IMG/VR virus record: IMGVR_UViG_3300007351_000017
Location: 1 to 49,131 of that record
From: a virus
Length of the DNA stretch: 49,131 nt
Reading direction: 5' to 3' (one strand)
Shown: piece by piece, positions 1-8,429 of the stretch
Layout of the letters: each line of letters begins with the position of its first letter
How positions within the stretch are numbered: the stretch's first letter is position 1
The notes under the pieces: model-generated
Seen by the model: only the letters and a program-made list of their open reading frames with translations
Database searches by the model: none
Told to the model about the DNA's origin: nothing
Made by a program: the position numbers and the translations under genes

Positions 1-99
1 GGGGGGACGAACAACGAAGACTTAACACTCGACTTTGAGACCACGGCGAATACTGTCGCGGTTGCCAGCACCACGGGAGTAACGGCTATTTCCCTTGGC
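1..99. repeat. terminal direct repeat, copy 1 (identical to 49033..49131); circular-assembly overlap or short terminal redundancy
   Basis: Bases 1-99 are repeated exactly at 49033-49131. The ORF that runs off the 3' end continues in phase from base 100. Confidence 0.95.
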
Positions 100-471
100 T
101 CTCTCAACCTTGCCACGACGGGAACGATCACTGGCGCGATCAAGATCAACTCCGACGCTGACGGGATGAGCCAAGCAGAGATGACCACGGCGGGGATGTA
201 TGGCTCCTTGTTCGTGGCAACGGGGGCAGGAACATGGAACTTGCCGGCGGCGGTGGCCGGGATGTCATTTTGTATGCTGGTTCCAAGCATCGCAGCGGTT
301 GTCATCAATCCGGACGACTCAGACGTTCTGATCTACGATGGAACGGCTGATGATGCGGGACATCAGATCTCCGGTGGTGCAGCGGCCGGGGACTTCATCT
401 GCTTCATCGCTGTGGATACCACCAACTGGCACAGCATGGGACGGAGGGGAACGTGGACACCAGGGTCATAA
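1..471 (+). CDS. 3' part of the junction-spanning tail-fibre-like gene (true join 48301..49131 + 100..471, about 400 aa)
   Basis: Frame 1 is open from base 1 to the TAA at 469-471 and is in phase with the ORF starting at 48301. The stop overlaps the next ATG (TAATG). Confidence 0.8.
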   Translation, partial: GGTNNEDLTLDFETTANTVAVASTTGVTAISLGSLNLATTGTITGAIKINSDADGMSQAEMTTAGMYGSLFVATGAGTWNLPAAVAGMSFCMLVPSIAAVVINPDDSDVLIYDGTADDAGHQISGGAAAGDFICFIAVDTTNWHSMGRRGTWTPGS

Positions 472-1331
472 TGAAACGCCTTATCCTTGCTCTTCTTCTC
501 CTGCCCCTGACTGCCTGGGGGCAGGTCTGCACGGACGAAGTGCCCTGCTCGGCCCGGATGAATCAGGGCATCTTGGGGGCGGGGGTTCCGGCGGCTAGCT
601 CTGTTGCTTTCTGCACAGGGGCGACTACATGTAACACGCCTCCCCAAAATTGTGAGTTACTTTGTGAAGACTTAGGAGGGTCAACTGCTTGCGGTAACAG
701 TCGTGATTCTGTTTGTCGGAATGGATGGACCGTTACAGAGTCAACTGGTACGATAGATTTTGACAACACCCCTGGCGGGACGCACCCATGCACGGGGACA
801 ACAGTTCCATATAGTATCCTTGTTACCGTCCCAAGTGCCGGCAGTGGGGAGGACGCTCGCGCATATGTTGCCTTTGCCTCTGCGGATCGAACAAGATTGT
901 ATATTCAAGGTTATATACGTGTGACAGCCGAAGGGCTTAGTGATACTGATACTCATTCAATGGTCAGTCTCGTAGCATCAACTGATTCTAATTCTCTAGT
1001 GTTCAATCTTCGGCAAGACGCTGGCGGAGCTTTGAAATTTCGTGTCGCAAGCGGAGCTAATTCAGATATTGGAGCAACTGCAATTAGCTTGAATAATTGG
1101 TATCCCTTCCGTATTGATTGGGCAAACAATTCAACGGCTAACTGGTGGGTGGATTACAATAATGACGGTGATTTCGCTGATGCTGGAGAAGATGAAGGCA
1201 CAGTTACTACAATAGATGTTCCTGTTGATTGGATCAAAATAGGTCAACTAAATTTCACAGAAACATTGACTTACGAATTGATATTGTTATCTGTAAGCGA
1301 GACAGCCATGCCAACGGCTTGCACAAGGTGA
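471..1331 (+). CDS. secreted protein with a putative concanavalin/LamG-like jelly-roll domain (fibre or receptor-binding accessory)
   Basis: N-terminus MKRLILALLLLPLTAWGQV looks like a Sec signal peptide. The C-terminal half (SLVFNLRQDAGGALKFRV...WYPFRIDW...WWVDYNNDG) resembles LamG/ConA-like folds. Start is TAATG-coupled to the upstream gene. Confidence 0.7.
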   Translation: MKRLILALLLLPLTAWGQVCTDEVPCSARMNQGILGAGVPAASSVAFCTGATTCNTPPQNCELLCEDLGGSTACGNSRDSVCRNGWTVTESTGTIDFDNTPGGTHPCTGTTVPYSILVTVPSAGSGEDARAYVAFASADRTRLYIQGYIRVTAEGLSDTDTHSMVSLVASTDSNSLVFNLRQDAGGALKFRVASGANSDIGATAISLNNWYPFRIDWANNSTANWWVDYNNDGDFADAGEDEGTVTTIDVPVDWIKIGQLNFTETLTYELILLSVSETAMPTACTR

Positions 1332-1335
1332 TGGC

Positions 1336-2637
1336 ATGATAACACGAGCTTTCTTCGTACTGTTTTATGTCCTTTGCGGTTTGAGCCAGTCCCATGCTGC
1401 ATGTTCGGGAATAAGTCCAACGTGGGCTGCGGCAAGTCCAGCCTTTTCTGACGTGAATGATTGTGCTCAGGAGGTTGGACTACAGGCAGGTGATACTATC
1501 AATATCCCATCAGGCTCGGCCACTTGGTCAAGTCAACTTTTGTTTACGATAGAGGTTGCTTTGGTAGGATCTGGTTCTTCCAGCACAATTATTACTAATG
1601 GGATGGCAGATAATACTCCGTTAATTTACTTCAACATTTCTTCTAATACTGCATCTCCGTCGAGGGTGTCAAATATCCAATTCATTGGAACGGCATCAAA
1701 TGTTGCTGGAGTACACATCAGAATAGATGATGATTTGAATTTTATGGTTGATAACTGTTTCTTTAATGGTGGAGGTAGCGCGACAGGAGATAATGATATA
1801 GGGGTTGCAATATATTCACTAAGATCGTATGGCGTGGTGAATAATAACACTTTTATTACTGCTGCAAGAGAAGTGATACAGGTATGGGGGACGGAGGCAA
1901 CTGCCTGGGGGGAATCAAAATCTCTTGGTGATTCCAACGCCCTTTATGTAGAAGGAAATACGTTTTCTGGAACTTCCGATGAGGTAATTATGGGTTTTGG
2001 TGGTTCCAATTATGTGTTTCGATATAACACAATATCAGGAGGCTATACTCAAATTGATAGTCATGGATCATGTGATGGTGATCCCAGAGGCGGAAGAACA
2101 TTTGAAATATACCGTAACTCAATTACGATAACTGCTGCTTCGTGGGCGGGTTTGTCCCTTCGTGGTGGGACTGGTGTTGTATGGGAAAATGTACTGACCG
2201 AATCAGGCGGAACTTTTTCGCGCCAGATAGGCTTAACCGAGTATCAGTTAGGCTATGCTAGTTGTGTTTGTGACACAGAGTATCCGATTGCCGATCAGAT
2301 AGGTCGTGGTCAAGATCAATCACTCGATCCATTATACATTTGGTCTAATACAACGAATGGATCGCCATCCACAATCAGTTTGTATAGCGCTGGAACTGCT
2401 TGTGGCGAAGTATCACTTTCTGATTATATACAAGAGAATCGGGATTATTATCTGTCTGTGAAAACGGGTTACTCTCCATACATCTGCCCTCACCCCTTGA
2501 CTGGTTTGACAGGTGGATGTTCAGTAACTACAGCGGGACGGTCTGGATACAACATAAGGGTTCTGTCAGCAGGCCAGGGCACTACGAACACCGCGAGCCA
2601 GGGCACGGTAAACATCTGGCCAGGAGGGTCGAATTGA
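1336..2637 (+). CDS. secreted right-handed parallel beta-helix protein (polysaccharide lyase/depolymerase-like)
   Basis: Signal-peptide-like N-terminus MITRAFFVLFYVLCGLSQSHA. Repeated N-x-F/I rungs are present (VDNCFFNGGG, VNNNTFI, VEGNTFSG, FRYNTISGG, IYRNSITI). Confidence 0.75.
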   Translation: MITRAFFVLFYVLCGLSQSHAACSGISPTWAAASPAFSDVNDCAQEVGLQAGDTINIPSGSATWSSQLLFTIEVALVGSGSSSTIITNGMADNTPLIYFNISSNTASPSRVSNIQFIGTASNVAGVHIRIDDDLNFMVDNCFFNGGGSATGDNDIGVAIYSLRSYGVVNNNTFITAAREVIQVWGTEATAWGESKSLGDSNALYVEGNTFSGTSDEVIMGFGGSNYVFRYNTISGGYTQIDSHGSCDGDPRGGRTFEIYRNSITITAASWAGLSLRGGTGVVWENVLTESGGTFSRQIGLTEYQLGYASCVCDTEYPIADQIGRGQDQSLDPLYIWSNTTNGSPSTISLYSAGTACGEVSLSDYIQENRDYYLSVKTGYSPYICPHPLTGLTGGCSVTTAGRSGYNIRVLSAGQGTTNTASQGTVNIWPGGSN

Positions 2638-4658
2638 AGAAGCTGCTTGCAATCCTCCTGCTTCTCACCGCCCTCAACGCCGAGGCAGCGACCAACACGG
2701 CAGGGCAGGGGACGGTCAACACAGCGGGACAGGGGTCTGATATCTCGTGGAACGTGCAGCCCATGACCAAGCTCACGGCCACAGGCGGATCTGGCAGTTG
2801 GTCGAATGGGCGCTACACGGTCGCCAAGGGGGCCACGGTTTCATTCGAGACGGATGCGGCGGGGAGCAGTTGGTGCTGGGACTTCGGGACCAGGCCAGCA
2901 AGTGCTGCCCTCGGCACCTGGGACAACACGAACAAGCTGATCTGCTATTCCAAGAGCGCAACGCCCTCCCACACCTTCAGCGACTACGGCTTCTTCGAGA
3001 TCCAGGTTGCCGTTTCAACCGGGGCACTAACCCGCCGAGGCGTCCTCCTGGTAGACGTTCCCGTTGGCGGCACGGTGATCGACCCGACAGCGGACTGCGG
3101 CGCAAACAACCTGGTTGGGGATGGGACGACGGATAATGCCGGGAAGCTAGCAACCTGCGTCAACGCCATCTCTGGTTCTGTTACAGTCACTTTCCCAACT
3201 GGGACTTACAAGTTTACTGCTCAAAACACATTTTCTACAGGATCAGGACTTACCGCCGTTGCATTACAACCAACATCTGGCGCTGCTGTAGTCCTTACAT
3301 TCGATCCTTCCGAAGACGATTCAGCCGACATATTTATCCTAACCGGTGCTCCAATAGATATAAGGGATATGACATTCACCAGAACTTTTGAGGCCGGGGA
3401 ATCGACAGACAATGTTGACCAAACCAATGCTATATCTGGAAATAGTGTGGTCGCGGTTGCAATACTTAATAGTACGTTCAATAACTTTTCAAACGTAGCC
3501 GATTCATTCACTGGGGTGTTTTCTAAAAGCAATCTTAATAACTGGGGAGCTAGAGGCTTAACTGTATCTGGATGGACTGACGATGGTGATGGGACATATA
3601 GTAAAACAGGTATAGGGTTGACAGTCAGAGCATTTGAAGAAGATGATATTTATGTCACAAAAGCCACGTCATCAACTTTGTCTGATGGTTATTGGTATTA
3701 TGATGGTTCAACGACAACTCTTCACTATAAACCAACTACTGGAGTGCCTGGAGATCATACAACTGTTGCTATATATGCGGTGTCAGCCATTGCTGGGGTT
3801 GTAGGCAATAGCTTCGTAGCTAATTTATATTCGGCGCCTCATTCTCAATACAATGGGCACATGATTTATAATGCCGGAACGGGTTATAGATACGCTGTTG
3901 GTAATTACCATGACCACACAAAAGCCCTTTCTGGTTCAATTTGGGAGGGCACAGGGGCAAACTCATATTTCTACCGAAATATGATGTCTGGAGACAAGAC
4001 AAAAATTGACGACTCATTTACAAAAGTGTTTGTTAATACTAATAGTAGTGGTGCTATTGAACTGAGAGATAGCCATTTAGATGGCCTATGGAGCGGTCCA
4101 CTTGTTGGATCTGCTACGGCATCTCATATTATATCGTCAAATCTCTTTGTTAACACTCCTGTAGCATCTCCCACTGTTTACATCAATGCCGCGTCTGGAT
4201 CTAGCGCAGTTACGAACAATAACATATTCGGTGTTGGTAGTCCCGCTGGAGGGGTCTGGAAAATATACGCTTTTGACGGGGCGGGTTGTTCTGGGTGTTC
4301 GGCCTCCGACGAACCCAACCTCACCGGTTGCGCTTGCCTCTCCGCCTCCGGCAACGTTGACGACGAGACGGCATCGGACGTGGCCTCCCCTGGCGCCTGG
4401 GAGTTTACCGTCCCCACCCTGGCCGTGGATTCTATCGTCACCAAGACTGTGACTGTAACGGCCTCTGATGCTGGCTCCGGCCTTGGCTCGACCGCCCGAT
4501 GGCCCTTTGTCTTAGCGGCACAGATCCAAGCCGAATACGCCGACAACTGGTATTCCGAGATCCAGGACTATGCTGTGGAAACAACTTGGACTAACACCCC
4601 CATCAAAGCTCGGGTGTCAGACGTGGACCACAACTGGACGGTCCCAACAGCGCCATGA
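2634..4658 (+). CDS. secreted PKD-like + pectate-lyase-3-type beta-helix protein (tailspike/depolymerase-like)
   Basis: TTG start at 2634 lies 6 nt after AGGAGG (2622-2627). Signal-peptide-like LKKLLAILLLLTALNAEA, a PKD-like segment (WCWDFGT...HTFSDYGFFEIQVAV), then NLVGDGTTDNAGKLATCVNAI, as seen at the start of Pectate_lyase_3 tailspikes. The upstream part of the long track ORF (from 2517) overlaps the previous gene. Confidence 0.75.
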   Translation: MKKLLAILLLLTALNAEAATNTAGQGTVNTAGQGSDISWNVQPMTKLTATGGSGSWSNGRYTVAKGATVSFETDAAGSSWCWDFGTRPASAALGTWDNTNKLICYSKSATPSHTFSDYGFFEIQVAVSTGALTRRGVLLVDVPVGGTVIDPTADCGANNLVGDGTTDNAGKLATCVNAISGSVTVTFPTGTYKFTAQNTFSTGSGLTAVALQPTSGAAVVLTFDPSEDDSADIFILTGAPIDIRDMTFTRTFEAGESTDNVDQTNAISGNSVVAVAILNSTFNNFSNVADSFTGVFSKSNLNNWGARGLTVSGWTDDGDGTYSKTGIGLTVRAFEEDDIYVTKATSSTLSDGYWYYDGSTTTLHYKPTTGVPGDHTTVAIYAVSAIAGVVGNSFVANLYSAPHSQYNGHMIYNAGTGYRYAVGNYHDHTKALSGSIWEGTGANSYFYRNMMSGDKTKIDDSFTKVFVNTNSSGAIELRDSHLDGLWSGPLVGSATASHIISSNLFVNTPVASPTVYINAASGSSAVTNNNIFGVGSPAGGVWKIYAFDGAGCSGCSASDEPNLTGCACLSASGNVDDETASDVASPGAWEFTVPTLAVDSIVTKTVTVTASDAGSGLGSTARWPFVLAAQIQAEYADNWYSEIQDYAVETTWTNTPIKARVSDVDHNWTVPTAP

Positions 4659-4676
4659 TGAGAGGAGATCCGTACA

Positions 4677-5117
4677 TTGCCACTCACCGAAATCGCTCCG
4701 AATGTCATTGTTGTCGCGAGTCTTGTCGGGATCGCCTCTGGCGCTGCTGGTGCATGGGCGGGGGTCAAGGGTACGCTGCGGGTAGTTGAGAGCAGACTGC
4801 AACGGGCAGAGGACGATGGAAAGGAGCGCAATGGCAAGATAGCCAAACTACAGGAACACAACTTCAACGTTATGGTCAAACATGACTGTGAGGCAATTCG
4901 GACACGATGTCAGTCCGAACTGAAGGAGGATATACGCCGGGTGGAGTATATAGTGAATGAACTTCGGAAAGACATGAAAGAGGAGATAAAAGCCGCTTCT
5001 CTCGACAGGAGGGAAACATGGCAGGCCCTCATGGAGATGGCGTCACCGGATACCAGGGCGAGAATCATCCGAGAGAGGCGGAATCGAGAGACATACGACT
5101 CGCTCGACGAGTCCTGA
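4677..5117 (+). CDS. N-terminal transmembrane, coiled-coil protein (i-spanin-like or other lysis/membrane accessory)
   Basis: TTG start after GAGAGGAG. Hydrophobic IAPNVIVVASLVGIASGAAGAWAGV is followed by a charged helical region. It sits at the head of the lysis cassette. Confidence 0.55.
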   Translation: MPLTEIAPNVIVVASLVGIASGAAGAWAGVKGTLRVVESRLQRAEDDGKERNGKIAKLQEHNFNVMVKHDCEAIRTRCQSELKEDIRRVEYIVNELRKDMKEEIKAASLDRRETWQALMEMASPDTRARIIRERRNRETYDSLDES

Positions 5118-5202
5118 GCCATGCGTTTTTGATCAACCAGTTGACGCTGCGGCTTATCGACCTGGAGCGCAAGGTCAAGGCGATGGAGGGGAGGAAGGAT
5201 GG

Positions 5203-5430
5203 ATGATGACGACGAGCGCGACTGCCCCTACATCAATGAGTGCGCGCAAGAAAGTGGAATTCTATCTGCGCAGTGCCCTCTATTCGCTGGAGATTGGGGA
5301 ATATGTGTTAATGGAAAGCTTTATCGGACAGGCACTGCGGCGATTGCCGGAGTTGAGAGAGGAAGGGCCGCCGCTGAAGAAGGCGAAGCGGAAATCGATC
5401 CTCCCCTGGCTCAGGAGGCGTGAAAGATGA
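5203..5430 (+). CDS. hypothetical small basic protein
   Basis: ATG follows GGGGAGGAAGG. The stop overlaps the endolysin start (ATGATG at 5427). The alternative frame 5199..5423 looks less protein-like. Confidence 0.5.
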   Translation: MMTTSATAPTSMSARKKVEFYLRSALYSLEIGEYVLMESFIGQALRRLPELREEGPPLKKAKRKSILPWLRRRER

Positions 5431-5789
5431 TGCCGACCCGCGTCCGGTTCCTCTATGAGATCGCGCGCCTTCTAGACTACGCCCGGGACCAGGAGATCCA
5501 GTTGGTTTGCTTCTACTTTCATCGAAGCGACGAGGAGCAGGCTCGGTTGGTGGCCGAGGGCAAAAGTCGGGTTCAGAGGTCCAAGCATCAGGACTGGCTC
5601 GCCATGGACTTCGCGTTGTTCGACGATCTTGACGAGGATGGCCGGATCGACCAGGACGAGATCCGATGGAAAGACGACCCCAGGTATACTCGGCTTGGGG
5701 AGTTCTGGGAGGCCCTGGGAGGACGATGGGGGGGCCGGTGGAAGGACCCCTATGATCCCTATCACTTCGAGGCAGGGAGGGAATGGTGA
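5427..5789 (+). CDS. peptidase M15-type endolysin (L-alanyl-D-glutamate / D-Ala-D-Ala peptidase fold)
   Basis: Zinc-ligand pattern SKHQDWLAMD (H-x6-D) plus C-terminal DPYHFE, as in M15 (VanY / phage Ply-type) peptidases. About 120 aa, next to a holin-like gene. Confidence 0.75.
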   Translation: MMPTRVRFLYEIARLLDYARDQEIQLVCFYFHRSDEEQARLVAEGKSRVQRSKHQDWLAMDFALFDDLDEDGRIDQDEIRWKDDPRYTRLGEFWEALGGRWGGRWKDPYDPYHFEAGREW

Positions 5790-5986
5790 TGGCAGATGAT
5801 CCCATTTACCCAACAGTGACCCAGAAGCTGAACAGCCGGACCCTTTGGGTTACGGTGGTCCTACTCGTGGCGGGGCTCGCCGTAGGGTATTTCTTCAACG
5901 GCGCGTGGATGCCGGAAGCGGGAAAGGCCATGTTCGACCTGGGGTTGTTTGCGGCTGGCATCATGGTTGGGAAGGCAGGGAAGTGA
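5789..5986 (+). CDS. holin-like small membrane protein (two predicted TM segments)
   Basis: ATG at 5789 lies 8 nt after GGAGG and overlaps the endolysin stop. Hydrophobic stretches are LWVTVVLLVAGLAVGYFF and LGLFAAGIMVG. Confidence 0.6.
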   Translation: MADDPIYPTVTQKLNSRTLWVTVVLLVAGLAVGYFFNGAWMPEAGKAMFDLGLFAAGIMVGKAGK

Positions 5987-6672
5987 TGGCAAAGGCCGAC
6001 TTCCATTGCGCATTGACCTATACCCTGGCTCTGGCCGCGGGGTATCCCGAGGATGAAGCCCTCAAAATGGGATGGTCCGCAGGGATCGTTGACACGCACG
6101 ATATCACCCGCTCGGCGTCCATCAACGCCATGGACACGCTTGCCCAGCTCTACCAGTTGCAGCCGTTCCATTTCATCCCAGGGGAAACGTCCATCGTCGA
6201 GCCGAACAGTGCGAATGCTCAGTACATCGTCAACCTTGCGCGAATTGGAAACCCCTACCGGTTCGGGATCGCCCTCCATATGCTCCAAGATACCTTCTTC
6301 CACCAGGGGTGGAGTGGCCTCTGGGAGAACGTCAACGAGGTGCCTCCAGAGGACATTATCCAATGGGGTACACCAGCTATTGGACATGCAAAGTTGGGCA
6401 ATGTTCCTGACAACATTACCACCGACTGGAGGTGGACCGACCCCCGCAAAGGGTACGGAGAAGTGATAGACAACAGGCTCCGTGCCATGGACGCAGCGAA
6501 GGCAACGTGGCATTTCCTTCGTCGGGGTGCGCCCTTCCCCGACATCGAGCACCTCATCAGGGGAGAGTATCCGTTCTCGCTCTTCGCGGTTTCCGTGGAC
6601 GCCGATATGGAGCGGGGATTCCGCACGGCGGCGAGGAAACACCTGGCAGCCTTTCTGGAGGTCACGGCATGA
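5986..6672 (+). CDS. hypothetical protein with a zinc-dependent phospholipase C / S1-P1-nuclease-like histidine pattern
   Basis: ATGA overlap with the holin stop. Motifs are FHC near the N-terminus, FHF, LHMLQDTFFH (H-x3-D-x3-H) and IGHAKLG. The resemblance to the PLC family was judged by eye only. Confidence 0.6.
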   Translation: MAKADFHCALTYTLALAAGYPEDEALKMGWSAGIVDTHDITRSASINAMDTLAQLYQLQPFHFIPGETSIVEPNSANAQYIVNLARIGNPYRFGIALHMLQDTFFHQGWSGLWENVNEVPPEDIIQWGTPAIGHAKLGNVPDNITTDWRWTDPRKGYGEVIDNRLRAMDAAKATWHFLRRGAPFPDIEHLIRGEYPFSLFAVSVDADMERGFRTAARKHLAAFLEVTA

Positions 6673-7406
6673 ACAAGCTCGGCAAGCTCCCGGCGAAGGA
6701 CGATAGGCGGACTCTGCGGCTTAGATCCTACATCGAGCCAACTCTGGACGTTCCCGAGACCTTCTGCACCGACTGGAGGTTCATGCAGTTCGTCCCCAAC
6801 CGGATGTTTCGGAATGACATCCTCGGGTGCTGCGTGATCTCGGCTCGGGCAAACCAGTCGTTAAGATTCGAGTTGCGGGAGACGGACACCCTCCCGGAGA
6901 TCGATGACGCCGAGGTTGAGCGGGAATACTTCAAAGAGAGCGGGGGGCAGGACACGGGGCTTTACATGCTTGACTCCCTCAAGGCATGGAGGTCTCAGGG
7001 TTGGGAGTTCTCCTGGCGGACCTATGTCATACATGCGTTTGGTGCTGTGGACTTCCACGACGAGCAACTTGTCAAAGCCGCTATCTATCTCTGCCATGGC
7101 ATCCAGGTCGGGTTCAGCGTTCCTCAATCCTGCATCGACCAGTTCAACTCGGACCAGATCTGGACGCCGAAGTTCTGGGATGGGGGAATCGTTGGGGGCC
7201 ATGCGATCTACGTCATGGACTATGACCGCGACGGTGTGACCTGTATGACCTGGGGCAGACGGCAGAGGATGTCCTGGCCTTTCTGGCACCGCTACGTCGA
7301 CGAAGCTTATGCCGTTGTGGACAGCCGAAACCCATGGCTCGGGGAACCATCCCCACTGGACATCGAACAACTAGAGGCCGACCTACAGGCCGTCACAGGA
7401 GGGTAA
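6669..7406 (+). CDS. papain-like (C1-type) cysteine peptidase-like protein
   Basis: ATGA-coupled start. NDILGCCVISA (nucleophile Cys context) and GGHAIYVMDYD (His context) fit a Cys-His papain fold. Confidence 0.65.
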   Translation: MNKLGKLPAKDDRRTLRLRSYIEPTLDVPETFCTDWRFMQFVPNRMFRNDILGCCVISARANQSLRFELRETDTLPEIDDAEVEREYFKESGGQDTGLYMLDSLKAWRSQGWEFSWRTYVIHAFGAVDFHDEQLVKAAIYLCHGIQVGFSVPQSCIDQFNSDQIWTPKFWDGGIVGGHAIYVMDYDRDGVTCMTWGRRQRMSWPFWHRYVDEAYAVVDSRNPWLGEPSPLDIEQLEADLQAVTGG

Positions 7407-7407
7407 G

Positions 7408-7563
7408 ATGGATTGGGCAGCGCTGATTCCGATCGTGATGGAGCTCCTCAAGAAGTGGGGCGTTGGCGGGGATGACCCAGCTTCCAACGCCCAGGCCCTG
7501 GTGGAAGTCCTCAAATCACTGGCACAGTCCTTTAACGTGGTGATCCAGATCAAGAGTAAGTAA
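7408..7563 (+). CDS. hypothetical 51-aa protein
   Basis: ATG lies 1 nt after the upstream stop, preceded by GGAGGG. It fills the gap to the next gene and is below the 60-aa cutoff of the ORF track. Confidence 0.45.
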   Translation: MDWAALIPIVMELLKKWGVGGDDPASNAQALVEVLKSLAQSFNVVIQIKSK

Positions 7564-7580
7564 TTTCACGGGGTGAAAAA

Positions 7581-7802
7581 ATGCCGGGACAACCTAAGAA
7601 ATTCTACAACACTCGGCCACGCTTTGAACGCTGGCAAGATTGTGATCGCTGTGGGTTTCCAATACCATTCAGCGAATTGTCGAAAGATCCGATCAACGGA
7701 GCTCTTGTGTGTGAGGGCTGTAAGGATGACTTGGGTCATCAACAGCACAAGGACCGCTTACGGCTGCCTGACGAAAACCAATATCGACCGCCGGGAGGTT
7801 AA
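7581..7802 (+). CDS. small zinc-ribbon protein
   Basis: CDRCG...CEGC gives two CxxC pairs. An RBS-like GGGGTGA lies upstream. Confidence 0.6.
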   Translation: MPGQPKKFYNTRPRFERWQDCDRCGFPIPFSELSKDPINGALVCEGCKDDLGHQQHKDRLRLPDENQYRPPGG

Positions 7803-7805
7803 AGT

Positions 7806-8429
7806 ATGAGTACGCCTGCTGAGATCAAGGCCGAGCTCAATTTGATGATGGGCTCGAGATCAGATTACATCGCCGCAAGGCAGTACCAACATATCTCCTG
7901 GGCGGAGCAAGAGCTCGCGTATGCGATAAGGTTTCCGGAGCTCGAGGCATATGCAACGATTCCCCTTGTAGCAAGCCAAACGAGTTACTTGTACCCAAGC
8001 GATTTGTTTGCGATTTACTCGTTGATCTATCCCACACTTGGAAGGAAGCTTGTGAATATCAACATTGAAGTTTTGGATAAGATCATTACGTTGCCAAGCG
8101 GCGCTCCTGCACGCTATGCGCGGTATGGGAAGATGCTCTACATAGACACGTCGCCGACCTCAGACGAAGCAGGAAACACGTTGAAGTTGCGGTACTTGTC
8201 CCAAATTGCGGAGGTTGATGCAAGTTCGTCGGCGTTCACCCTGCCGCACCCATTTCATGAAGCAATTCTGCTTGGCTCACTTTACCGCGCCCATCGAGCG
8301 TTTCGTGAGTATGAGCAAGCTAACGAAGTTAAACGAGATTATCTTGCGTTTGTTAGGTCTAGGGTGATCCAGTTCGAAGAAGAGGACCGCCTTGAAGATG
8401 GCTTTCCGTTGGAGGTCAGATTAACATGA
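7806..8429 (+). CDS. hypothetical structural protein (head-tail adaptor position)
   Basis: GGAGG RBS. First gene of a translationally coupled run preceding the tail genes. Function is inferred from position only. Confidence 0.6.
   Translation: MSTPAEIKAELNLMMGSRSDYIAARQYQHISWAEQELAYAIRFPELEAYATIPLVASQTSYLYPSDLFAIYSLIYPTLGRKLVNINIEVLDKIITLPSGAPARYARYGKMLYIDTSPTSDEAGNTLKLRYLSQIAEVDASSSAFTLPHPFHEAILLGSLYRAHRAFREYEQANEVKRDYLAFVRSRVIQFEEEDRLEDGFPLEVRLT

Noticed and set aside
5111-5206. Short ORF between 4677..5117 and 5203..5430 (LINQLTLRLIDLERKVKAMEGRKDG)
   Set aside because: It has no ATG/GTG start with an RBS. Only a TTG without a Shine-Dalgarno is available.
5308-6642. Long minus-strand ORFs 5308..5805, 5472..5813 and 5806..6642
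   Set aside because: They are antisense shadows of well-supported plus-strand lysis genes, with Pro/Arg/Gly-rich low-complexity products and no RBS.
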